The notes under the pieces are model-generated. The model saw only the letters and a program-made list of their open reading frames with translations, made no database searches and was not told where the DNA came from. Made by a program: the position numbers and the translations under genes. Positions 24,961-36,294 of a stretch of DNA of 64,000 nucleotides are shown here, in pieces (within the stretch, counting starts at the first letter, position 1; each line of letters opens with the position of its first letter). The DNA comes from Octopus sinensis (lineage: Eukaryota): NCBI RefSeq assembly GCF_006345805.1, contig NC_042999.1, positions 126,852,001 through 126,916,000 of the forward strand. Direction: 5' to 3'.

Positions 24961-25268
24961 CACCTCTCATAAAACCACCATGGCCTCTTTGTCTCTTCCT
25001 TCTCTTCCTTCCTCTTCCCCCTTTGCTTTTCTCCTATGTGGCCCTCAAAATACTCTAGGAGTATTGTAGGAGAAAAGCAGAAGATTGATTTCTAAAATGG
25101 ATTCTATGTCTTATATTTACGAGGCAGAGATATGAGATTGAGTGACATTCATGTCTTTCTCAAGAAACTTAGCAAACGGCATGCATGAAATACATGAACA
25201 AGTATGTCTATGACTGGAAACTGAAACTGGATCACACAGGCTTAGAAACAGACTATATGTATGTGTAC

Positions 25269-25316
<48 letters not shown>

Positions 25317-25404
25317 ATATATACACACATGTAGATATATATGTATGCTTGCATATAGACATACATACATACATACATACATACATGCATAATACATATA
25401 TACA

Positions 25405-25780
25405 TACATATATATATATATATATAGAACCACCCAGCGAACTTCCACCACGGGTCATCACAATTGCTTAAGGTAAAAATGAATTCCTCGCTCTTTCGGA
25501 AACGTCAATCTTCTGTATTGACCGCTTTCCACCACTTTGATCTGTTTTTTGTATTGAATACGTATCGCCACCGTGGGCCACTGCATCGAACACTTTGAAC
25601 ATATACTTCAAACTATATATCAACTATACATGAACTCTAAGATGTCTGACTCCGTTGTGTATTATAAATGAATTTCTTGTGTTTGACGGCATGAGCTGTC
25701 TTTTTTTATATATAACTTTTTTTGATAAGGTTCATTTCAGGAACTGAAACATGTTATAATGTATATATAAAAATTAAAAA
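25405..25780 (+). mobile_element. Penelope-like terminal-repeat fragment with decayed hammerhead motif
   Basis: CpG-retaining segment ending TTGATAA-GGTTC-ATTTCAG-GAACT-GAAAC-ATGT near 25733-25765. Confidence 0.45.
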
Positions 25781-25817
25781 TTGTATAATACAGCAGCATT
25801 TTCGAACTTCATTTTTT

Positions 25818-25859
<42 letters not shown>

Positions 25860-25919
25860 AAAATTCTGACTTAATATACAATATCCGAGCGCCACTTCAA
25901 ACACTCTACACACACACAC

Positions 25920-26438
25920 ATTCATCATCATCATCATCGTCATTTAGCATCCGTTTTCCATGCTAGCATGGGTTGGACGGTTCTACTGGGGTCTGTGAAG
26001 CCAGAAGGCTTCATCAAGCCCAGTCAAATCTGGCAGTGTTTCTACGGCTGGATGCCCTTCCTAACGCCAACCACTCCGTGAGTATAGTGGGTGCTTTTTA
26101 CGTGCCACCTGCACAGGTGCCAGACAGAGCTGGCAAACGGCCATGAACGGATGGTGCTTTTTATGTGCCACCGGCACAAGGGCCAGGCGAGGCTGGCAAC
26201 GGACACAAAACGGGGCGGTGCTGGCAACGGTCGCGAAACGGAAGGTTCTCTTACATGCCACCGGCACTGGTAACACATCTGCAATTTCCATTGATCGATT
26301 TCCATTCTGATCCTCACTTGCCTCAACGGGTCTTCACAAGCAGAGTTTCGACATGCCACCGGCACTGGTAACACATCTGCAATTTCCATTGATCGATTTC
26401 CATTCTGATCCTCACTTGCCTCAACGGGTCTTCACAAG
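25920..26438 (-). mobile_element. Young RTE 3' end with 88-bp duplication at its 5' truncation point
   Basis: (CAT)n TTTAGCATCCGTTTTCCATGCTAGCATGGG..CTACGGCTGGATGCCCTTCCTAACGCC. 26253-26340 is identical to 26351-26438. Confidence 0.85.
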
Positions 26439-26929
26439 TAGAATTAAAAAATTAAGGTTTAGAAAAGCAGTGTTAAATGCAGTATCCAAACCTTGTTTCA
26501 AGGGAAGTCCCAGGTAGTGTAGCTGTAGAGCATGTTCACCACTTTATGGCTCCCAAGTGTTATCAAGATTACTGTGTGTTCGTTGTCATTGGATCCATGT
26601 CTGGAATTCCAAGGTGTGCATAGGGTATATTTTAAATGATTGATATAAAAGACGGAGTGTAACTAGAATCTTTATTAACACAACAATCATTTTGGCTTCA
26701 TTCTGCATTGTTCTCTAGTGGGTGTGGGACATGTAATAACATTAGATGCAACGCACAGTGCAAAAAAGCCTCAACAGGTTGAGTAACATGCTTCAAAAGT
26801 TAGCAGATTTACATTTCATTTTCGCTCTAAGTTATACACTGGTGGTGAGATACAAGCAGTTTAGATACATTAGGAAAGAAGCTGAAACGATTGTTGTGCT
26901 AATAAAACTTCTAATTACATTGTATCAAG

Positions 26930-26972
<43 letters not shown>

Positions 26973-27121
26973 ATATATATATATATACACACACACACAT
27001 ATATATATATATTATATATATATACACACATACATATACACACACATATACATGTACATACATTCATACATATATATATGTATACATATGTATGTATAAT
27101 TTTATTCTCAAATGCACGATT

Positions 27122-27235
27122 ATGCTAATAATATAGCATGAACAGGATAAACTATTCATATTTTACAGAAGGCCGGTGACAAATTTTTCTGCAAAATATG
27201 AATAGTTTATCTTGTTCATGCTATATTATTAGCAT
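27122..27235. repeat. 49-bp inverted repeat, 16-nt loop
   Basis: Arms 27122-27170 and 27187-27235 match at 47/49 positions. Confidence 0.9.
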
Positions 27236-27669
27236 TATCCTGTGTTTGCGACTAAAATTATTTCCTTACCTGTATCTTTCATCACATTTCAATGCTTCTA
27301 AAGTAAACTTTGTTTATGTTTTATATATATGTATATATATAGATAAAACTTACTTGGAAAAGGATGCGTGGCATTCAGTCATATAATAATATAAATATAT
27401 AAATATATGCATATGTACATACATATATGTACATACCTACATAGATATGTATATATACAAGCATATATGGGTACAGGACATCAAAAAAATGTTGAACACG
27501 ATGAGAAACGAAAACATAAAAACAAAAGCTTAGAAAATGAACTTTTTTCGGACAACGACAAAACAGAGAAATGGGACATGCAACATAGAGAATATTCCCC
27601 TTCATCAGTTGTCCCTGTTTCATCTACTCTGCATTTCAAAGGCATATATATATATATATCTAACACATA

Positions 27670-29378
27670 CACTACTGTCAGAAATTAATTAGCACCCTTG
27701 ATTTGCTCTTCACTCAAGGTATTTGCTGTCACCTAGTGGCCATATCTTGAACTATTGCTTTGTTGCGAGTTCACTGTTGCGCAGAACGATGATGTAACTT
27801 TGTTTGCAGAGCGGTTTGAGAGTCTACAGCCTAATGATGTTGACATAGCAGTGCAACAACTTGGAGTGCGGATGCAGACAAATCTTCCTTTGTTTAATAG
27901 ATATAGGTAGCGCCTCGCAAGGACCGAAATCACACCGTACTAAGTTTTCTCATCGCGTAAGACGTTTTGAACAGCTCGTAGGTTAATTGATTTGTGTATT
28001 TGCAAGATTTTTTTTTCCTCACAAATTCTCCTACACTCTGCTTCGTGACGTCGCTTCCGGTTCACAAAACTTTCTGTTATACATCAAATAAAGTGAGAAA
28101 TTCTGCTTTCTTTCTTTTTTGTTTAATGAATAATAACTCATAGCAGTTTTGTTATAGCATAACATTATTCAAATGAATAGTTTTAATGAAAATAACTGGT
28201 TTTTATCGTTCATTCCTAGATGGGCCCAAGACCTCGCATGACCTTGGAGAGACGGTACGAGGCTCTCTCGTGGCGTGGGAAGCTGTCGGAGGCTGCAATA
28301 GCCAGAAAACTTGGTGTAGCCAGGCGCACAATTCAGTGCTTATTTAAGAAATACGAGGAAACCGGATCAGCAGCTGACAAAAAGGGTAGGGGATGGAAGA
28401 GGCTGACGCCCCAGCGGGAGGACCGGATGCTGATCCGAAAGTCACTGTACAACCGAAGGGCAACGAGCCGGCAACTGGCAGAGGAGATGCAAAAGATGAC
28501 AGGGAAGCAGTTGTCTACAACCACTGTCAAGACCAGATTACTGGAAGCTGGTCTAAAATCCTGTAGGGCTGCCCGTAAGCTGCTCCTTACAGCCCAAAAC
28601 CGGAAGAGGCGGCTGCTCTGGGCCCGTGCCCACAAGACATGGACCGTGCAGCAGTGGCGGACAGTGATGTTCACTGACGAGTCGCGATTCAGTCTTGTCA
28701 GTGACAAGCCTGTCCATGTGCGATGCCGCAGGGCTGAGCACTTCAACAAAGACTGCATTGCTCCCACCATGAAGCATGGTGGGGGTGGTCTGATGGTGTG
28801 AGGGGCGTTCAGCTACAGTGGTGTTGGGCGGCTCTATGCCGTCGAAGGCAACATCAATGCAGCAAAGTACGTTGAGATAGTACGGGATACCTCTTTGGTG
28901 GCGAGGAGTACGTGCTCCAGCAGGACAACGCGCCTTCCCACACAGCCAAGCTCACAACCGGTTTCTTCAAGGACCATGGGGTGACGGTCATGGACTGGCC
29001 TGGCCAGTCACCTGACCTGAACCCTATTGAGAACCTCTGGAGTCGATTGGGTAGGGATTTGAATGTGCAGCAATACAGGAACCGACACGAGCTGTTTGGG
29101 GCACTTCTTGCAGCATGGAGGGCCATCCCTGCACAGTACCTGCAGGCACTCATAGACAGCATGCCGACCCGCGTAGCAGCTGTCATTGCTGCCAAAGGAG
29201 GAGCAACAAGATATTGACTAAATTTCATGATTAATAACAATTATGTGGTGTGCTGGTATATGTTTTAATAAATTTTTGATTAAAAACGAGTTCGTTTCTT
29301 ATAATAAGTTAATTAAATTAAGAAAATGTAAGAAAATGTAGAAATTTGAGAAGTGCTAATTAATTTCCGACGCAAGTG
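27670..29378 (+). mobile_element. Full-length Tc1 (DD34E) transposon, ~1.7 kb
   Basis: TA|CACTACTGTCAGAAATTAATTAGCAC ... GTGCTAATTAATTTCCGACGCAAGTG|TA: imperfect TIRs with TA duplication. Confidence 0.95.
28220..29217 (+). pseudogene. Tc1 transposase with one nonsense codon and one frameshifting deletion
   Basis: HTH region, GRGWKR (GRPR-like), TDESRF, HGGGGLMV* (TGA where W is expected, 28799-28801), then QQDNAP..(34 aa)..SPDLNPIENLW. Confidence 0.92.
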
Positions 29379-29403
29379 TACACACACACATGCACATATT
29401 TAA

Positions 29404-29932
29404 GGAATATGAGGGGTTTAGTTCATTGATGATCTAAATTAATAGGTATGCTGTGTAATTGCTATAATTGGTCATCCACTAGGTTCCAAGTTCACAGCTC
29501 AGGCAGGACCTAGGGATCCATAGTAGGCTTCTGAGTCAGTAGGTATATGTTAAAGTAAAAGGAAAGCAAAATTAAGGCAGGATGAGTATCTCAGTTCATT
29601 TAGAATATTTAATTAAAGTAAGGTGAATAAAAAAAAAAAAGTAGAAGTAATTAATGTCTTACAGCTGTTTCTAGGATATTCCAGATAATGGGTCAACACC
29701 CCCATACACTGAGTATTCCATCATCAGAGACAAGGTGTGTATGCTTGAAAGTTCCAGACAGAGAAATCATAGTATATAGAAGAATAAAACAGTAGATGGA
29801 ATACTAGAAGAATAATGATAGAAGAATGAACTGTGAACTTTATTCTTCTACTTCTCCTTTTTTGATTTACCTTAATCTAATTAAATATTCTAAATGATCT
29901 GAGATGCTTGGTTTTGTTTTCCTTTAGCTTTA

Positions 29933-29935
<3 letters not shown>
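29404..29935. mobile_element. Foldback element with a hammerhead in its loop (Penelope-like, non-autonomous)
   Basis: Arms ~29547-29646 and ~29841-29935 are inverted. The leader AATATGAGGGGTTTAGTTCA..GATCTAAA is shared with 33008. Confidence 0.7.
29655..29732 (-). ncRNA. Minimal type-I hammerhead ribozyme motif, core intact
   Basis: Minus strand: TGTCT-CTGATGA-[TGGAATA..TATCCTA]-GAAAC-AGCT-GTA-AGACA. Helix I is 5 bp, helix III loop is palindromic, triplet GUA. Confidence 0.75.

Positions 29936-30002
<67 letters not shown>
29935..30002. repeat. (TG)n microsatellite
   Basis: Seen directly. Confidence 0.95.
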
Positions 30003-30005
<3 letters not shown>

Positions 30006-31161
30006 TTTAAAAGTGTAAAGCTGTAAGAGTGTTTCTTATATTTTATATTATGGAGATGGTTATGGTGTAGGTGGATGGAGGGGAATTGGTGAGATATTGA
30101 CAAGTTTAGTTGTTAGAAAAGATTCCTTCATCTTTTCTCGTTTTTCCTCTGACTAGGTAACCAAGTTTCTCCTTTACATCAGCATTCAGTCCACACTGTA
30201 ACGTGGTTGGCATCTGGAAGGACATGTAGTTTGGTTTTATGTTAAATCCAATGATTTAACATAAGATGACTGAAATTTCGATGTCACTGTCAATACTATT
30301 CTTGTTAAAAAATATGATGCAGTCCTTGACTCTATAGATCTTTGTCAAACCATTCAACTCATGCCAGCATGGAACATAGGCATTAAATGATGGTGATGAT
30401 ATGGTCAATCTTACCAATTAGTTTCACACTAGGTATGAAAATGGATGTTAGGTAACAGAACATTTAAGAAATACTGTGTGCTTGTTAGAACTGACAATTA
30501 AAATCAAAATCAGAAAACACTCAATTTAGCATCAAATGGGATATACTCTCACATGCACAATGCCAATTTTGTATGAATGAATCCTACCACATTCTAACAT
30601 TCATGGACCACATCCTAAACCAAAACTCCAAACTAGTCTCTTCATGCAAGCACAAAATCTTAAAAACACTAAAACACTTTAAACTAATAATCTTTTCTAA
30701 CACCTAAACTTATCAATATCTCACCAAATACCCTCCGCCCACCTACACCATAAACCATCTCCATAATATAAGAAACACTCTTACAGAATCAAATTGTTGT
30801 TTCAAAAGCATGGCATAGAGATAGAGAATGAGGTCATTGGTCATAGTATTAGCTTAGTGTACACTTGTTTGTAGTCAACAAAGTTAAAATTTAGTTACAG
30901 ATGTATTCTGGTCTTAGAATAGGTGCAATGTGTTCCTGCATGCTGTAAGAGCTGGAAGAGCATCCAGCTGTAAAACATTGGCACAAAAAACAAAACAAAA
31001 AAAAAACAAAACATTCAAACCATGACAGCATGGAAAACTGAATGCGAAATGATGATGATGAAGAGGATGATGATTATGATGATGTTGATAATGATGATGA
31101 TAATGATGATGATGATGATGACGATTATTAATTTATATATTATATAATTAATAGTTCTAGG

Positions 31162-31429
31162 CAGGGCTGGTTTTAAGCTAATTAGACATATTTTATTCAA
31201 ATTGAGCCCTGCACCAAGAGAGGGCCCCACACACATGCTTAAGCAGAGGCTAGTATGATGAACCTCTAGTATCTCGTAATGGCTAATGGTGGAGCCTCAA
31301 GCCCTCAATGCTTTTTGTCTGGGACTGGCATACTACATGAAGCATAAAAAATCAATTTCCAGCTTTTGTAGAGTAGAGGGCCTCCATTGACAATTCTCTA
31401 ATTGGGCCCCACACTTCCTGGTGCTGGAT
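31162..31429. mobile_element. Possible hAT (Tip100-like) MITE
   Basis: Starts CAGGGCTGGTTTTAAGC and carries two GGGCCCCACAC motifs. Right TIR is degenerate. Confidence 0.35.
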
Positions 31430-31544
31430 CTCATTCTAGGAAGATTGGTACGAAACCAATACTGAGTCTCTGTGTGTCTTAAACATGAAGCTCAAGTAAG
31501 ATCTGCATTGGATTATGGCTCACATTTATGAGTTGGTGTTGCAA

Positions 31545-31596
<52 letters not shown>

Positions 31597-31895
31597 TCTT
31601 TTCTTCTTTTACTGATTTCAGTCATTTGATAGTGGTCATGCTGGAGCTCCACCTTAGAGCGTTTTAGTCAAAGAAATTGGCCCCAGGACTTATTCTTTGT
31701 AAGCCTAGTACTTATCCCATTGGTCTTTTTTGCCAAACTGCTATGTTACAGGAATCTAAACACACCAACATCATTGTCAAGCAATGGCTGGGGGACAAAC
31801 ACAGACGCAAAGATACATACACACAAATACATACATACATACATACATACATACATACATACATACATACATACATACATACATACATGCAGATA

Positions 31896-32822
31896 TAGGA
31901 TCATCCCATAAATAATGCAGTTTTTTTCAATTGCATGAACTAAAATTCAGAGGTGGATGGGATCAACTACCTGCTTCAGCTTGCAAGAAAAGCAGGTAGT
32001 AATTTTACCTTCTCCTTATTCTTAGTGCAAGTTTTGAAGAGTGCAGTTTGATTTTAACAGTTATTTTTTCAAAGCTATAATGGAAGTGACAAAGGAGCAT
32101 ATTCAGCATATATTGCTTCACCAGTTTAATAAAGGTGACAATGCAATGGAAAATGCGAGGAATGTTAATGCAGTATATGGGGATCAGACAATAAATGTAA
32201 GCCAGTATCAATGGTGGTTCCAGAAATTCTGAGCTGGAAGCTACAGTCTAGATGATGAGCTTTGTGCTGGAAGATCTGTAGAGCTTGATGAGGATGTCCT
32301 GCAAACCCTGCTGGAACAAAATCCCATTGTAACTGTTGAGAAACTAACAGAGAAGCTTGGAATCGGTCATTCAATCATTCATCGACACCTGCATGCTATT
32401 GGAAAAGTCAGCAAATTGGGTTTCAAGATGAATGGTGTTCTTCCATCAGGATAATGCTCAGCCACATACAGCAAGGATAACATTCCAAAGGCTGCAGCAG
32501 TTTCAATAGGAAGCGATGCACCACCCAACATATTCACCAGACATTGCCCCATTTGATTATCATTTATTCTGAGGTCTTCAAAATCATTTAGATGGAAAAA
32601 ATATGAATTCTGTAGATAAAGTCAGAACAGTACTGGAGGAGTATTTTTCTTCATGGACAAGTGAATTTTGGAAGAGGAGCCTTGCAACTCTACCAGATAG
32701 ATGGAAGAGCATTGAATAAAATGAAGGGGAGTATATTTTAAATTAAAAAAGAACTTTGTTTATTTTAACTTTGAAAAATAAAAGAAGTATAAAAACACTG
32801 CATTATTTATAGAATGACCCAA
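31896..32822 (+). mobile_element. Internally deleted mariner (DD34D)
   Basis: TIRs TA|TAGGATCATCCCATAAATAATGCAG and CTGCATTATTTATAGAATGACCCAA|TA. Translation: MEVTKEHIQHILLHQF..HRHLHAIGKVSKLG, joined to FHQDNAQPH..(34 aa)..YSPDIAPFD. Confidence 0.9.
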
Positions 32823-32829
32823 TATATAT

Positions 32830-32990
32830 ATATATGATGGACTTCTTTCAGTTTTCATCCACCAAATCTACTCATAAGGTCAGCCCAAGGCTATAGTAGA
32901 AGACACTTGCCCAAGATACCACGCAGTGGAACTGAACTTAGAACCATGTGGTTGGAAAGCAAGCTTCTTACCACATATTCATAACTGTAC
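32830..32990 (-). mobile_element. SINE family A head
   Basis: GAAGACACTTGCCCAAG..GGAACTGAACTTAGAACCATGTGGTTGGAAAGCAAGCTTCTTACCAC. Confidence 0.75.
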
Positions 32991-33230
32991 CTATACGCAC
33001 ATACACAAAATATGGGGGGTTTAGTTCACAGGTGATCTAAACAATTAGGTACGCTAGGTAAGTGCTGTAACAGTTTACTGGGGCTTCAAGGTTATAGCCG
33101 AGACAAGTAGTTACGGAGACATTGTAATTTTTCAATGCAGCAGGTATATAATTGTTAAAGAGGACAACAAACATTAAGGCAAGGCAAACATCTCAAGTCA
33201 TCTACAATATTATTATAGGAAGAAATTCAA

Positions 33231-33288
33231 AATCTTACAGCTGTCTCTGGGATATCCCCGATTATGGGATATTCCGTCGTCAGAGACA
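33231..33288 (-). ncRNA. Hammerhead motif, damaged (GAAA to GAGA)
   Basis: Minus strand: TGTCT-CTGACGA-CGGAATATCC..GGATATCCCA-GAGAC-AGCT-GTA-AGATT. Confidence 0.6.
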
Positions 33289-33573
33289 CATTGGGGAAAA
33301 GATATGGAAAATGAGAATGGTATATATCAATAAGATGACAACATAGAGGAAGGGAGTAAAAGAATAAGAAGATGGAAAGAAAGAAGAAAAAAGAAGCAGA
33401 AAGTTCATAGTTCAACTCATGCTTTGGTTTCTATAACTTCGGAAAGTTGAACTATAGACTTTTATGCTTCTTTTTTCTTTTCTCTTTCCCTCCCCTTATT
33501 CTTTTACTCCCTTCCTCTATGTTGTTAAATGATTGACATCTAACATTCTCATTTTCCATATTTTTCCCCAATT

Positions 33574-33635
33574 AGTCTCTGATGACAGAATATCCCATAC
33601 TTGGGGATGGATATTCCAGAAACAGCTGTAAGATT
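33574..33635 (+). ncRNA. Hammerhead motif, core intact, base of helix II mismatched
   Basis: AGTCT-CTGATGA-CAGAATATCC..GGATATTCCA-GAAAC-AGCT-GTA-AGATT. Confidence 0.7.
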
Positions 33636-33757
33636 TTGAATTTCTTCCTATAGTAATATTGTAGATGACTCGAGATGTTTGCCTTGCATTAATGTTTGAC
33701 ATCTGTTTAATACACACACACACACACACGCGCACACACACACACACACACACACAC

Positions 33758-33796
<39 letters not shown>

Positions 33797-34399
33797 ACGC
33801 ACACACATTAAATTGCAATGAAAAAAGGGCCAACCTGCTGAATGAAAAATAGTCAACCACTAACACATTTCAATCACTAGCTCATGATCTCACTGTTTTC
33901 TCCCTCAGCCCTTTTCTACCACTACTACAAAGTCCTCCACTTATTTCAATACTCTCTTCACACAAATGCACCAAACACACTCATTTCTCATTGTCCCATC
34001 ACTCTTACTGTGTGTCAGCCTCTCAGATCCGGTACCCGACACTTTTACCAGTTTTCTCTCATCAGAAGTGTTTCCTGTGGAATTCATGTTTTCTTTCTTA
34101 CAGGCAGTGGCCTACAGATGTTCAAACAGAATATCCACTAGTCTAAGTGAATCTACAAAGATCATAGAAACTGCCCCTTTTCCTCTGACACTAATGAGAA
34201 AAAAGCAACACAAAGAATTATGTCATTTATGAGGTCAAACATTCTCATATCTGATTTAACTAAATCTTCTTAAGAATTCCAAATTTCCAATACTAACTCA
34301 CAGCACTTTGAATACAAAGTGTATTCATATTACATGTCTGTAAAATACTGATGATTTTTTAATAACAAACAAACAAAAAACAATTACAAAAAACAAAAA

Positions 34400-34640
34400 A
34401 CAAAAACTATGAAGAACCTAAAATGTGAAAACTGATCTACAATTATGCCAATGGTGATTATAGTATTAAGAAAAATATACAAAGACTGATTAATTTACAC
34501 AAGAAAATTATAACAACTAAGTTTTTAATATATTTCTCTGTGTTTATCATCATCAGAATACACAAGGGAATGATTCTTAAAATCCAAGTTGAACATATTA
34601 ATTTCAAATCTAATAAATATTGAAATATTCTCTAGTGTTT
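34400..34640. repeat. Unclassified AT-rich dispersed repeat (second copy at 51860-52095)
   Basis: Shared CACAAGAAAATTA..ACAACTAA..ATCATCA..AAGTTGAACATATTAATTTCAAATCT.ATAAATATT..ATTCTC. Confidence 0.65.
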
Positions 34641-34714
34641 TAGAATGCCTCATTGCCATCTTAACTGACCCAGACAACTACTCATATACCAGCTTGATAC
34701 AATTACACACTGAC

Positions 34715-35065
34715 ACTACTGGTTAAATATTTTACACCAACACTAGTTAACTAATATTAGTTTCTCACTGTTGTTAGTCAACTAGTATTTCAGAGAGATA
34801 TAAGATAACTAGTATTTAACACTAACATAAGTCAACTAATATTTCACATTGAACTTTAACTAGTTTCCCACTGTCGTTAATTAACTAGTATTTCAAAGGG
34901 ACATTAGTTAACTAGTGTTTAACACTAGCACTAGTATTTCATATTGACATTAAATAACTAGTAAGTCAGAGGGACACAAGATAACAAGTTTTAGCACTAA
35001 CATACGTTAACTAATATTTCAAACTGACACTAGGTAATTAGTATTTCGCAAGGACACTAGTCAAT
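34715..35065. repeat. Degenerate tandem repeat built on ACTAGT/TTAACTA motifs
   Basis: Recurrent (T/C)AACTA(G/A)TATTTCA.ACTGACACTA-like units. Confidence 0.65.
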
Positions 35066-35134
35066 GATGACAATGACAACAGTAGCAATAAGAACATCAT
35101 CATCATCAACAATAACAACACAAACTGACCAATA

Positions 35135-35260
35135 TATAATGGTGAACCAGAAAGTAATGCAATTTTTATTTGCATTACTTTTTAGCTTATCCTCATATTT
35201 TAAAGTACAAGTCAAAAGTAATACAAATTAAAATTGCATTACTTTCTGACTCATCCATGT
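35135..35260. mobile_element. Tiny mariner-type MITE (~125 bp)
   Basis: CAGAAAGTAATGCAATTTTTATTTGCATTACTTTT is mirrored by AAAAGTAATACAAATTAAAATTGCATTACTTTCTG. Confidence 0.65.
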
Positions 35261-35399
35261 CTTTTTCTTTCAAAAATAAACACCACATCTATCTCAGGCA
35301 ACAGAAAAAATTCACCTTGATAACTCCATCATACCATCATAGTAGCCATGGTAGCCATTAAAGCCATTTCCTTCAATGTTCTTAGCTTTATCAGAAATA

Positions 35400-35605
35400 T
35401 TCTTTTCTACTCCAGGTACAAGGCCTGAAATTTTGGGGGAGGGGGCCAGTCGATTAGATCGATCCCAGTACACAACTGGTACTTAATTTATTGACCCTGA
35501 AAGGATGAAAGGCAAAGTTGACCTTGGTGGAATTTGAGCTCAGGACGCTAAGACAGACGAAATACCCCTAAGCATTGTGTCCAGTGTACTAATGTTTCTG
35601 CCAGC
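35400..35605 (-). mobile_element. SINE family B
   Basis: GTACAAGGCCTGAAATTTTGGGG..CTGGTACTTAATTTATTGACCCTGAAAGGATGAAAGGCAAAG..CCAGCTCACCGCC. Confidence 0.8.
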
Positions 35606-36294
35606 TCACCGCCTTGCTTTATCAACACTATTAACGTTTTGGTTGACTTCCCAAGGCATTTATAAAATACTAATTATTTCTAAAGATACAGAAATATATG
35701 TGAAAGAAGAACTGACATGCTGTTGTTGTTGTTTATTCTCAGGTCAACTTCAAGTAAGCAGACATATGATCAAAAGAGTTCCTTCTGTGACCTTCCCATC
35801 TTTTTCACGGGCAGATGTATCTGGTTCAAACATCATCCAATGAAATTTTACTTTTCTAAGACCATAGTAGGGTATGGTTAGATGGAAATTTTGCTGCTAT
35901 TTCTCATCTGTCATGTGCCTGTGTAGAATCTTCCTCATTGTGTTTTCAAAGAAGGTTTATCATATCACGATGAAAACATTAAAATAGAATCCAATAAAGC
36001 AATTTAGACTAGTAAATCTAAACATAAAACGTGTGTGTGTGTATGTATGTGTGTGTGTGTGTGTGCACGCGCATGTGTGTGTATACACATACATAAATAC
36101 ATACATATATACAATACATGCAAATATACATATATACATTCACACTAACCACCAAGTGTATCCCTTGACCAAGTTTGTATACATGAAGCTGATAACATCC
36201 AAAGACTTGGAAAGCAGCTCCTTGAGCAGCATTCCTTGCCTGATAACTTTAAATAGATGCCCAAAGAAGTTGCATGATTCTACAGCAATGTATT

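Larger units (their letters stand above)
33008..33712. mobile_element. Foldback element with a ~570 bp palindrome, each arm carrying a hammerhead motif
   Basis: Arm ~33140-33416 is the reverse complement of ~33446-33712, with a ~29-nt loop. The leader is homologous to 29404. Confidence 0.8.

Noticed and set aside
24376-24972. Long ORFs (198, 155 and 133 aa) of poly-L/T/H/Y/S
   Set aside because: Read-through of trinucleotide repeats in several frames and both strands; no splice or domain evidence.
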